Assembly (NCBI GenBank): GCA_016198685.1
Contig: JACQID010000004.1
Coordinates: forward strand, 273,874 to 337,873
DNA length: 64,000 nucleotides
Reading direction: 5' to 3'
DNA from: Candidatus Aenigmatarchaeota archaeon
Lineage (GTDB): Archaea; Aenigmatarchaeota; Aenigmatarchaeia; GW2011-AR5
The stretch's first letter is position 1, and each line of letters begins with the position of its first letter. This document shows, one piece after another, positions 38,260 through 46,887 of this stretch. Both the position numbers and the translations under genes were made by a program. The notes under the pieces were generated by a model. It worked only from the letters and a program-made list of their open reading frames with translations. It did no database searches and was not told the DNA's origin.

Positions 38260-38365
38260 GGGCCTGTAGCTCAGCCTGGCAGAGCATGAAACGCAATCCG
38301 TTTCATACGCAAATAGCACCTGCCTCTTAAGCAGGGAGTCGCGAGTTCAAATCTCGTCGGGCCCA
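38260..38365 (+). tRNA. tRNA-Lys(CTT) with 32-nt D-arm intron, best placed at 22/23 (38283-38314)
   Basis: GGGCCTG/CGGGCCC, CCTGC-CTCTTAA-GCAGG, GCGAG-TTCAAAT-CTCGT; insert hairpin ATGAAACG/CGTTTCAT. Confidence 0.9.
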
Positions 38366-38368
38366 TCC

Positions 38369-38908
38369 ATGCGTTCTTCTTCCGTATCACCGCATTTATG
38401 GCAGGAAGGAGACATAGTCCTCTATAAGTCCTATAGCAAGTATCTGGCTATGGTAATGGCCAAATACGGATTCTCGAAGACAGGCGAGCCTGTATATATT
38501 GTGGGAGTCATATGCCCGCCAAAACTCCAATATGCGCATATCTACGATCCCAAAGACGAATACGTGAAATCTTTTCTCCATGCCGCCATTGCAGGAAAAA
38601 TTTCTCCCCAATTTCAGAAATGCGCTGCCGGATCCGTAAAGAATGCCTTAGACGACCCCAAATATACACGATATTACGAGCAAGAAACATCCGCGCCATT
38701 CTCCCTGACTGCAGGAGAATTGCAATATTACCGCAAGCTGGTGCAAAATAATCCCCGGAGTGTCCAATTGGCTGTTGCACAAGATGATTCCAGAGAAAAA
38801 TTTATTTCCAGAATATCCAAAGTCCATCAGCATCTTCTTGCGCACCCTATCGACAATGCAAGGCAATATCATCCAAATCTTCATTCCTTAAATGAGAGAC
38901 GAAACTGA
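38369..38908 (+). CDS. Hypothetical protein immediately after tRNA-Lys
   Basis: 179-aa ORF; N-terminus vaguely SH3/KOW-like. Confidence 0.55.
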   Translation: MRSSSVSPHLWQEGDIVLYKSYSKYLAMVMAKYGFSKTGEPVYIVGVICPPKLQYAHIYDPKDEYVKSFLHAAIAGKISPQFQKCAAGSVKNALDDPKYTRYYEQETSAPFSLTAGELQYYRKLVQNNPRSVQLAVAQDDSREKFISRISKVHQHLLAHPIDNARQYHPNLHSLNERRN

Positions 38909-38946
38909 CATACACCGTATTTTCCATGCCAGAACCATGCAATATG

Positions 38947-39633
38947 TCATGCTCCGGATTCCTCTTTCCCCTGTTCAGAAACTTCCACCATCCTTTCGAG
39001 AAGGGTTCTCATCGTATCGTATTCTTCCCTGCCAAGCTGCACGGCTGTATCGCCATATCTGAGAATTCCAACGCCTGCTTCCTCAAAAAACTTCTCAAGA
39101 ACTAGGTCGTTTGCTGGAATATTTTGCAGTTCCCCTGACCATGTATTGCAGGGATAAACATAACTATATCCCCGCCGCTGCAATGTTTCTATCGCATCGC
39201 CGTATGGCGATATTCTTTGTCTTATTCTCCATATATGGGTCGTTATGCTATGATCCGTAAGCGGCTCTCCAAAAATAACTTCGGACAGTTCTCCATGGCT
39301 GACAACTCTTGGCTGCCTTTCCATGAGCTTGTATAACAGTTCAAAAGACAGCGGCGAAATGCGGCGTTCTTGCCGGTCAACATAAAGCTTTTCCTGCCAT
39401 GCATCCAGATATACCGTATCAATGTCCCCTATGTATTGCTCCGTTTCACGCGGGCGGGCATAATCCAGGGATTCCGTCATATCTTTGAGCAGTTCTGTAA
39501 ACAATCCGATCGCGTCCAGCCCTGCATTTACCAGGCGTTCATTGGAAAAGCCCGAATCATTCAAGTGCCGATAAGCATCGTCAAGTATATTTCTAAATTG
39601 ATTACGATAGGTGCCGCCTGGGCGGCCTGTCAT
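38947..39633 (-). CDS. OmpR/PhoB-type winged-helix DNA-binding protein without receiver domain
   Basis: ISPLSFELLYKLM...VVSHGEL...IF...SITTHIWRIRQRI...IETLQRRGY. Confidence 0.8.
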   Translation of the reverse strand: MTGRPGGTYRNQFRNILDDAYRHLNDSGFSNERLVNAGLDAIGLFTELLKDMTESLDYARPRETEQYIGDIDTVYLDAWQEKLYVDRQERRISPLSFELLYKLMERQPRVVSHGELSEVIFGEPLTDHSITTHIWRIRQRISPYGDAIETLQRRGYSYVYPCNTWSGELQNIPANDLVLEKFFEEAGVGILRYGDTAVQLGREEYDTMRTLLERMVEVSEQGKEESGA

Positions 39634-39635
39634 GA

Positions 39636-41531
39636 CTATCTCACCCTTTCCCCGTCCCTGACTTTGCGGACAGGAGAAAGTATGGCAGCTTCGTCCCCGG
39701 CTGCAAGGAGCATGCCTTGGGACTCCACTCCACGAATAGAAGCAGGCTCTAAGTTTGTTATTATTGCCACTTGCATGCCTTTCAATTCTTCAGGCTTATA
39801 GAAGTTTCTTATTCCAGAAACAATTTGCCTTTTTTCATTACCGAGCTTAACAGTAAGTATATACAGCTTATCGGCATTAGGATGATTTTTAACATCTTCT
39901 ACAGTACCGATTTTTAATTCCACCTTTCCAAATTCCTTTATCGGCAGCATTCCATTTTTCATCTCAATAATATCTTTAGTGTTGATTAGTTTTATGCCTA
40001 TGCCTCCTGCCTTTTTATCATGGAGATGCTCTACTGTAACAAAAAGTTTCTGAGGTTTTATCTCTACGCCCTTCTTCACGCTGTCCTTGCCCATGTCTTT
40101 TGAATCAAGTGAAGCTCCTAAAGACTCTAAGCCCTTTACTGCAGCGAAAGGTATGAATGGATAAAGCAGGATGCATAAGTCCTTCAGCCTGTTAACGGCA
40201 AAATGTATTATAGCGCCGCTTGATTCTGGATTTTCCCAAGGCTTCTTGTGCTGGAAGTATTTGTTCACTTCTGAACACAGAGACATCACAGTTTCTAAAG
40301 CTTCATTAAACCGGAAATTATCCATAAATTCCTCGAATCCAGCTCTTTTATCTTCAAAGACCTTTTCTACAGCCTCTTCATCCTTTCCGTTCTTGGGAGA
40401 AGGCACTTTGCCATCAAAATTATTTTCTATGAAGGAAGTTATTCTATAGAAAAGATTGGAAAAGTTAGATACAAGTTCTGAGTTTATCCTTTCAACAAGG
40501 GCCTTTTCTGAGAAGTCGCCGTCATCGAATGGCGGTATTTCCCGGAGCATGAAATATCTTAGAGCGTCAGCACCGTACTTTTCAACGAGCATGAACGGAT
40601 CAACTACGTTGCCAAGGCTCTTGCTCATCTTCTCTCCTTCAACTGTTATGTATCCATGCACAAACAATAACTTGGGGAGTTTGAGACCTGCAGAAAGCAG
40701 CATTGCTGGCCAATAGACTGCATGGAATCGTATAATTCCTTTTCCTATGACGTGCACATCCGCCGGCCACCATTTATTATAGCTCTTTGCATCCTTTCCA
40801 TAGCCAACTGCCGTCTGATAAACATTCAGGGCATCGAACCATACGTACATTATCTGGGAAGGATCGCCTGGCACAGGCACTCCCCATCCTTTTGCTCTTT
40901 TTACCGACCGGGAAACGCTGAAATCCTCGAGGCCAGAGCGTATGAAACTCATGACTTCGTTCTTTCTGGATTCGGGAACTATTCTGAGTTCATCGTTTTC
41001 TATCAGTTTTTCCAGCCTCTTTTGATATTTTGAAAGCCTGAAAAAATAATTCTCCTCCTCAACGATCTCGGGCTCCTTCTTATGCTCCCGGCACAAGCCG
41101 TTTTCGAGCTCGCTTTCTGTGTAGAATGCCTCGCATCCCACACAATACATGCCCTTGTATTTTTTCTTGTATATGTCGCCTGCCTTATCGCAAAGTTTCC
41201 ACATTTCCTGAACGCCTCTGAAATGTTCGTCTGGCAAAGAAGAACGCAGGAATGTATTGTAGGAGAGTCCTATCTTGTCCATGAATTGCCTGAATTTTTC
41301 TGCGTTGCGCACGCACAGTTCTGGAGGCGTTATGCCCTCCTTTTCTGCAGCTTGAACGTTCTTCAGGCTGTTCTCGTCAGAGCCTGTGGCAAGAAAAGTG
41401 CCAATGCCGCTGATTTTTTTCCAGCGCGCAATAGCATCGGTCTGTATGAATTCAAGCGCATGACCTATATGAGGCGCTGCATTGACGTATGGAATCGCCG
41501 TCGTTATATAAAATTTTTTTAGATCTTTCAT
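39636..41531 (-). CDS. metG: Methionyl-tRNA synthetase with C-terminal tRNA-binding domain
   Basis: YITTAIPYVNAAPHIGH, KMSKSLGN, HPNADKLY...GVESQGMLLAA. Confidence 0.97.
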   Translation of the reverse strand: MKDLKKFYITTAIPYVNAAPHIGHALEFIQTDAIARWKKISGIGTFLATGSDENSLKNVQAAEKEGITPPELCVRNAEKFRQFMDKIGLSYNTFLRSSLPDEHFRGVQEMWKLCDKAGDIYKKKYKGMYCVGCEAFYTESELENGLCREHKKEPEIVEEENYFFRLSKYQKRLEKLIENDELRIVPESRKNEVMSFIRSGLEDFSVSRSVKRAKGWGVPVPGDPSQIMYVWFDALNVYQTAVGYGKDAKSYNKWWPADVHVIGKGIIRFHAVYWPAMLLSAGLKLPKLLFVHGYITVEGEKMSKSLGNVVDPFMLVEKYGADALRYFMLREIPPFDDGDFSEKALVERINSELVSNFSNLFYRITSFIENNFDGKVPSPKNGKDEEAVEKVFEDKRAGFEEFMDNFRFNEALETVMSLCSEVNKYFQHKKPWENPESSGAIIHFAVNRLKDLCILLYPFIPFAAVKGLESLGASLDSKDMGKDSVKKGVEIKPQKLFVTVEHLHDKKAGGIGIKLINTKDIIEMKNGMLPIKEFGKVELKIGTVEDVKNHPNADKLYILTVKLGNEKRQIVSGIRNFYKPEELKGMQVAIITNLEPASIRGVESQGMLLAAGDEAAILSPVRKVRDGERVR

Positions 41532-41562
41532 CAGTATCTATAGTGAAAAAGGAAATTAAACC

Positions 41563-42024
41563 TTAATTTTTACGCATTTCCAGCCTTGTTCCCGTATTTG
41601 TTCGCCATAAAGGATCATATGATGTGAAATATCCAGAATCACGATGTTGACCACCGAGAACCTCATGTTTTGCCATTATTTCTGCCGCAAGCAATGGCCT
41701 TCCTTTTTCACCCACGTATGCTGCCAGCATTTCCCAGGGATATTCAGCTTCCATGCGTCTGGAAAAAGTATACTCGTCTTCGGAGGGATTCCTAAGATTA
41801 TTCATATGGACAGGAACATAAGCCGGATCGGCGGCGCCGTTCTTGATAATGGTGAGCCTGCCATCCGGAAGATAAGAATACCGCCTATTCATCACAGCAT
41901 CTTGGTAAAATTGCCCAAAAGGAGATATTTTTCCATTGTCAAGAGTCTGGAGCCATAATGCCTTTAAACCGATCTCCAACGCCCCGCTTTCACAGTACAT
42001 GACTATCTTTTTCAGAAGATACAT
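41563..42024 (-). CDS. Hypothetical protein
   Basis: 153-aa ORF between trpS and metG on the same strand. Confidence 0.55.
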   Translation of the reverse strand: MYLLKKIVMYCESGALEIGLKALWLQTLDNGKISPFGQFYQDAVMNRRYSYLPDGRLTIIKNGAADPAYVPVHMNNLRNPSEDEYTFSRRMEAEYPWEMLAAYVGEKGRPLLAAEIMAKHEVLGGQHRDSGYFTSYDPLWRTNTGTRLEMRKN

Positions 42025-42087
42025 TAAAAATATTTATTACTATATGTAATTGATATGCAAATTTGCATAAGATAATTAACAAAACTC

Positions 42088-43218
42088 TCAGAATCCTTGT
42101 CCTTCCACAAATTTCTCGACAGCGATCCTGGATTTTTGCATCTTTTGCTGGTGTTCCTTGAGGAATAAAACTATTTTTTCTATTGCAATCTGCTTCAGTT
42201 CGCCTGAGAGAAGCTTTCCTGCCTTATAATCATTGTAAACAGAATTCAGTTTTTCGTCGTCCTGTTCAAGCGCAAATTTAAGCATCTGAAAAGACACGTC
42301 TATGTCAGGATTGCCGCCTTTCTTCCTGTGTTCCTCAAGTGACTCCCTTCCGCCGGAGAAGGCGTATTTCATGATCTTCTTTGATGCCTCTTCGGGCGTG
42401 TCTGTAAGCGCTATGTAGGACGTAGGATCGGAAGAAGACATTTTTCCGCCTTTAAGGCCTGGCATGAATTTATGATACGTCGAGCTTAATTGAATGAAAT
42501 TGAATGCCTTGATTCTCTGCGACATATCACGAGCAATACGCAGATGCGGATCCTGGTCGCATCCTACGGGCACAACAACCGGCAACGGTCCCTCGAATTG
42601 CGGCAATTGCGGGTGCAGCATGTCTGATGCCTGGAGCAAAGCTGATGCCATCTTTCCCGGGCTTATATCGCCGTATATCGCCTTGAACTCGTTGAAGGTT
42701 GCATGCCTTGCAAGCATATTTGCCAAGGAATAGTATGCTGAAGATTTCTTTCCATCTTTTGAGCGCATGGACTGAAAATAAAAGTCGCATTTGTTAAGGT
42801 CAAGCCCGAGCGCTGCATAATTCATGAGGTATTCCTCAATAGCCGTGGTTCTCAATTGTCCCATGTCGGGGATTCTCGAATTATACGCTTCCACATCAGC
42901 GACTGTAATGTAGACTTTTGCCCCTAGCTTCTGGTAGAATATCATCTGCTCGGCCACCATCTTGTGCCCGAAATGGAATTTGCCGGATGGCATAAGCCCT
43001 GTCATCATGACAAATGGCTGGCGGTTCTCAACTGCACTTGCAACTCTTGCAAAATCTCGGTGCGCAAAGACTATCTTTCTTCTAAAAAGCATGTTTTTGC
43101 TGAATTGTACAGGTAGCGCACTGAAAAATTCCAGACCGAATTCCTTCACAAGCTTTTCATAGTCTATTTTAGCTGGAACTTCCCAAGGAGTTACTTTTGA
43201 TGTCATGATCTCACTCAC
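42088..43218 (-). CDS. trpS: Tryptophanyl-tRNA synthetase (archaeal type)
   Basis: VTPWEV, TGLMPSGKFHFGH, GCDQDPH, KMSSS, AFSGGR. Confidence 0.97.
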   Translation of the reverse strand: MSEIMTSKVTPWEVPAKIDYEKLVKEFGLEFFSALPVQFSKNMLFRRKIVFAHRDFARVASAVENRQPFVMMTGLMPSGKFHFGHKMVAEQMIFYQKLGAKVYITVADVEAYNSRIPDMGQLRTTAIEEYLMNYAALGLDLNKCDFYFQSMRSKDGKKSSAYYSLANMLARHATFNEFKAIYGDISPGKMASALLQASDMLHPQLPQFEGPLPVVVPVGCDQDPHLRIARDMSQRIKAFNFIQLSSTYHKFMPGLKGGKMSSSDPTSYIALTDTPEEASKKIMKYAFSGGRESLEEHRKKGGNPDIDVSFQMLKFALEQDDEKLNSVYNDYKAGKLLSGELKQIAIEKIVLFLKEHQQKMQKSRIAVEKFVEGQGF

Positions 43219-43258
43219 AATATTTAATTTCAGTACTTTAATATGTTAATCTTCCATG

Positions 43259-44413
43259 TCAATATTTAGATCCTGGGATTGAATGCATGATAATTCTTTC
43301 ACAGCCTCGGCAGGCGTTCTTATTACCGGCTGAATAGATAGGGCATCGAGAAATTACTTCATAAATTACTGAGTCCTCTATATGAGGAGAGCATATCAAA
43401 TAATCAAGAATACCTCTGCTTCCGCCTTTGCAGTGGCCTGTCGCATTTCTTAATTTTTGTGCCAGACCTAAAGCTTGTCTGAAAGCAGTCTTATCTTGAT
43501 ATCGTTCTTCTATAGGATCGCCCAATGTAAGTAATCCGTTTGCGGTTCCAGCAGCATGCATGGGCCTATCTGGATTGATTATATCAGGAAGATATACAAA
43601 GGGTACCAAATTTACATCTTCAGCGTGGGGCATACATGAATTTCTTATAATTTCGGTAGTCTGCATTTCATTAAAGCTGCCAAGAACAATAACGTTTTGG
43701 CTTCTGCCAAAAGCGATAGGATAGTATATGGTTGCTGCCGTGTCAAGTATAGCTTCTTGTATAACTTCGGGCGGCACCCCTAAAGTGCTTACTCTTTCAT
43801 ATATAGATCGCCCATCATAATGGCCTAAACGCCTTTTTACTTCCCTCTTGTTTCTTAGCACGTCTTTTATTTCACCAAGCTCTTTGTTTTTATTTTCCGT
43901 ATCCAGTATAAGATTATTAGGAATGTCGCCTGCCAAAACATAAAGCCGCTCAAGTAAGGCATCAAATTCTCCATTAAACGAGTTATTACTCATATTGTAT
44001 CTGCTGCCTGTAATATGTCTATATTCTCTGCTTGGTACTACAACGAGATTTCTACTATTTCCAAAATGATCTTTTGTATTGGCATCGAAATCTTGATGAA
44101 TTCTTATATTTTGCACAAGTTGCATGCTTGGCAAATCGTTATAAGGGGGGCTTTGCCTTGACCGCGGCAGAATACACATGCCAGAAATGACGGTCGTTGT
44201 ATCTTGTTTCCTGACAGCTTCTAACTGTCTTGCGTGCATAATATTTCTTCGTATAGGCGTTACCGAATCGAATATTGTGATATCCCTCGCACCATCAGGT
44301 TGAAAGTTAAAATATTTGAAAGGGTCGTAAAAATCACCATATATATTTCTTTGGGCGTGCAATTCGCTAAGTCTCCTGCCTTCGTCCTTAATTCTATCCA
44401 GTACATCAGTCAT
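43259..44413 (-). CDS. Highly degenerate TrpRS-like (class Ic) paralog lacking HIGH/KMSKS motifs
   Basis: Colinear manual alignment to the neighbouring TrpRS across its whole length (see findings). Confidence 0.65.
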   Translation of the reverse strand: MTDVLDRIKDEGRRLSELHAQRNIYGDFYDPFKYFNFQPDGARDITIFDSVTPIRRNIMHARQLEAVRKQDTTTVISGMCILPRSRQSPPYNDLPSMQLVQNIRIHQDFDANTKDHFGNSRNLVVVPSREYRHITGSRYNMSNNSFNGEFDALLERLYVLAGDIPNNLILDTENKNKELGEIKDVLRNKREVKRRLGHYDGRSIYERVSTLGVPPEVIQEAILDTAATIYYPIAFGRSQNVIVLGSFNEMQTTEIIRNSCMPHAEDVNLVPFVYLPDIINPDRPMHAAGTANGLLTLGDPIEERYQDKTAFRQALGLAQKLRNATGHCKGGSRGILDYLICSPHIEDSVIYEVISRCPIYSAGNKNACRGCERIIMHSIPGSKY

Positions 44414-44648
44414 ATCGCATCAGCTTCCCTCTCGACAAAATAAACCCTTTTCCTCCGATCGGAGAAGAAAATGCAGGAAGAAACATAGCCACGACTGAGA
44501 AGCGATTTGATTGCGTATTTGACCGCTCTAGGCGAAAGCCTTGTTGTAGAAATTATTTCCTTCTGGCAGACACCAAAGACTATGATTGACAGATATCAAT
44601 AAGAGTACCTTGTTCTCCGAATCCGTCAATCCAAAGGCATTCACCCAT
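44410..44648 (-). pseudogene. Frameshifted small winged-helix (MarR/ArsR-like) regulator
   Basis: GLTDSENKVLLL in one frame; CQKEIISTTRLSPRAVKYAIKSLLSRGYV...SDRRKRVYF in the +1 frame; stop overlaps the next ATG (ATGA). Confidence 0.7.
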
Positions 44649-44739
44649 CTTAATCACTTCTCTTTACTGCATGCCGGAATTTAAATACCGGACTATAGGT
44701 GCAAAACCGATATTTAAACATTGAACATAATCGTTTATT

Positions 44740-45332
44740 ATGAAACTAAAATTTGCCGGCATAGAATTAGAGCGGGAAAAAACACCGTTGGATGAATTTG
44801 TCATTGATTTTTGCCAATTGTTAAAGCAATCTGGAATACGCTATGTTATTATTTCAGGATACGTTGCTATACTATTCGGAAGAAGCAGGTCCTCTGAAGA
44901 TGTTGACGTTATAACAGAGGCCATAGATTCCGATAAATTTTCGGCATTATGGAACAAGTTGGATAATAGCTTTGAATGCCTTAATACGACCAACAAGGAG
45001 AGGCATATGCAGGCTATATATCACAAAACGTCGCCCTGCGATTTTCTAGGCCAAAAAAGTATATACCTAACATGGAGATAAAATTTCCTTCGATGAAATT
45101 GGAGACGTGGGTTTTGGATAATCGCCAGAACTGTATAATAGATAAAAATGAAATATGCATATCTCCTATAGAAACTCAAATAGCATTCAAGCTCTTCTTA
45201 GGGAGCGAAAAAGATTTGGAAGATGCCAAACACATTTACGGGATTTTTAAAAGTTCGTTGGACAATAATTTATTGGAAAGTTTACTAAACGAATTGAAAC
45301 ATAAAGAGAACTTCAGGAGGTATCTCACATGA
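44740..45332 (+). pseudogene. Nucleotidyltransferase (MNT-like) gene split by a 1-nt deletion near 44995
   Basis: YVIISGYVAILFGRSRSSEDVDV (G..A...G..R...D.D); continues in the other frame as EAYAGYISQNVALRFSRPKKYIPNMEIKF...KLFLGSEKDLEDA. Confidence 0.8.
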
Positions 45333-45460
45333 AAATCCCAAAAATAGACATGAAAGAAATGGAAAAATGGAAGCAGCGCAACTTTGAGGAGCGCATGAAA
45401 TTCATAGACCAATACGTGGAATGGCTCAAGAAGAACAAAATAAGGGAAATAAAGAAGTGA
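45329..45460 (+). CDS. 43-aa partner protein of the nucleotidyltransferase (putative antitoxin)
   Basis: MKIPKIDMKEMEKWKQRNFEERMKFIDQYVEWLKKNKIREIKK*; ATGA overlap, GGAGG RBS. Confidence 0.65.
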   Translation: MKIPKIDMKEMEKWKQRNFEERMKFIDQYVEWLKKNKIREIKK

Positions 45461-45476
45461 TGCCTTTGTTCTGGTC

Positions 45477-45953
45477 ATGTTTATGTTAGTCATCGTCTGC
45501 GGCCTCCCAGGCACCGGAAAAAGCTTTGTCGCCGAAATCGTTGCCGAAAAACTGGGCGCCGCTCTGCTGAGAACCGATGCGATAAGAAAAACGCTTTTTC
45601 CTCGCCCTGCATATACCGAAGAAGAGAAAACTAAGGTATACGAAGAGATGTTTCGCTTGGCAACGGAAAAGCTCGCCGAAGGAAACGTGGTGCTTGACGC
45701 GGTGTTTCCTCGTGAAAGCCTCCGAAAACAGGCGCTTTCCTTGTCAAAAGACGCAGTCATCCTAAGAACTGCCTGCAACAAAAACACTGCAAATAAAAGG
45801 CTGTCAGGAAAACGGCCGCTCAGCGATGCGGATTATAATGTTTATCTTAAAATAAAAGAGGAGTTTGAACCAATAAAAGAAAAACACCTCACCGTCAACA
45901 CTGATTTGCCGAAGGCTGAAGTGAAGGAAAAAATTTATAGTATTTTCGCGTAG
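45477..45953 (+). CDS. P-loop kinase (AAA_33/gluconate kinase-like)
   Basis: IVCGLPGTGKS, LRTDAIRK, VVLDAVF, SDAD. Confidence 0.85.
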   Translation: MFMLVIVCGLPGTGKSFVAEIVAEKLGAALLRTDAIRKTLFPRPAYTEEEKTKVYEEMFRLATEKLAEGNVVLDAVFPRESLRKQALSLSKDAVILRTACNKNTANKRLSGKRPLSDADYNVYLKIKEEFEPIKEKHLTVNTDLPKAEVKEKIYSIFA

Positions 45954-46837
45954 CTTTCCGCCAACAGGAAATATTTCGCCGCTTCTTCTGGTTTTTTTGA
46001 AAAGACCGCTATTTTTCCTCTCACATAGGCGCGGTAACATTTGTAAAAAGTCAGGAGACCTGTTGAGATCTCCTGCTGGCACGAAGAAATGAATATGTCC
46101 GCAAGATCCTTTCTTCCATGGAACTCAAGATCCATGGCCATGAAAGCTATATCCAAAACAGGATCGCAGAAAGCTATCCTGTCGTTGAATTCTATGGCAT
46201 CAAATATGTAGGGCGTTCCTTCAACTATGAAGATATTGCCTGAATGCAGGTCGCCATGGCACCGTATGGCTGCTCTTGACTTCAGAAGCATTTCATTGTC
46301 ATGTAGGAATCGCTCGATGCGAGCTTTAATATAACCAAGACTTTCAGCATTTAACGCATCTTTTGTCTGGAGAAAATTCTCTTCCCAGTTCAACTTTATG
46401 CCAGTTAAAGAATCTCTCTTATCAGCAATATTTCGCTTATGGAAAGCTGTTATGATGTCTGCTATTTTTTCCATTACTGTCCCGGTTATTTTTCCATCGG
46501 CCAACATGCCTGTCATTATCGACTCTTCCGGCATCTGAAGCATTTTGACCGCATAATCTACAATTTCGCCTTTGCCTATGCCTTCGCTGCCTACGGGCAC
46601 GACATCAACATACATATCCGAAAATCTTGAATTAATTCTAAGTTCTTCCTCGCAAAAACGCTTTCTTCTTTCAAGAGTCGAATAATCGAGGAACCCGAAG
46701 TTCACAGGCTTCTTGACTTTGTAGGCGTATTTCCCTGTCAGGAAAACCCAGGAAACGTGCGTTTCTACAACCTTGATTTTGGAGACCGGGTGAGTATACG
46801 CCGTTTCCTTTGAAAGTATAGAAACGATATCGGCCAT
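45935..46837 (-). CDS. Aminoglycoside phosphotransferase-like kinase (COG2187 type)
   Basis: ETHVSWVFL, YKVKKPVNFGFLD, CHGDLHSGNI, DAIEFN, DIAFMAMDL. Confidence 0.88.
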   Translation of the reverse strand: MADIVSILSKETAYTHPVSKIKVVETHVSWVFLTGKYAYKVKKPVNFGFLDYSTLERRKRFCEEELRINSRFSDMYVDVVPVGSEGIGKGEIVDYAVKMLQMPEESIMTGMLADGKITGTVMEKIADIITAFHKRNIADKRDSLTGIKLNWEENFLQTKDALNAESLGYIKARIERFLHDNEMLLKSRAAIRCHGDLHSGNIFIVEGTPYIFDAIEFNDRIAFCDPVLDIAFMAMDLEFHGRKDLADIFISSCQQEISTGLLTFYKCYRAYVRGKIAVFSKKPEEAAKYFLLAESYAKIL

Positions 46838-46887
46838 GCAAAAATACGGCGAAAAAGAAATTAATACATATACAGGATAGTAGTAGG

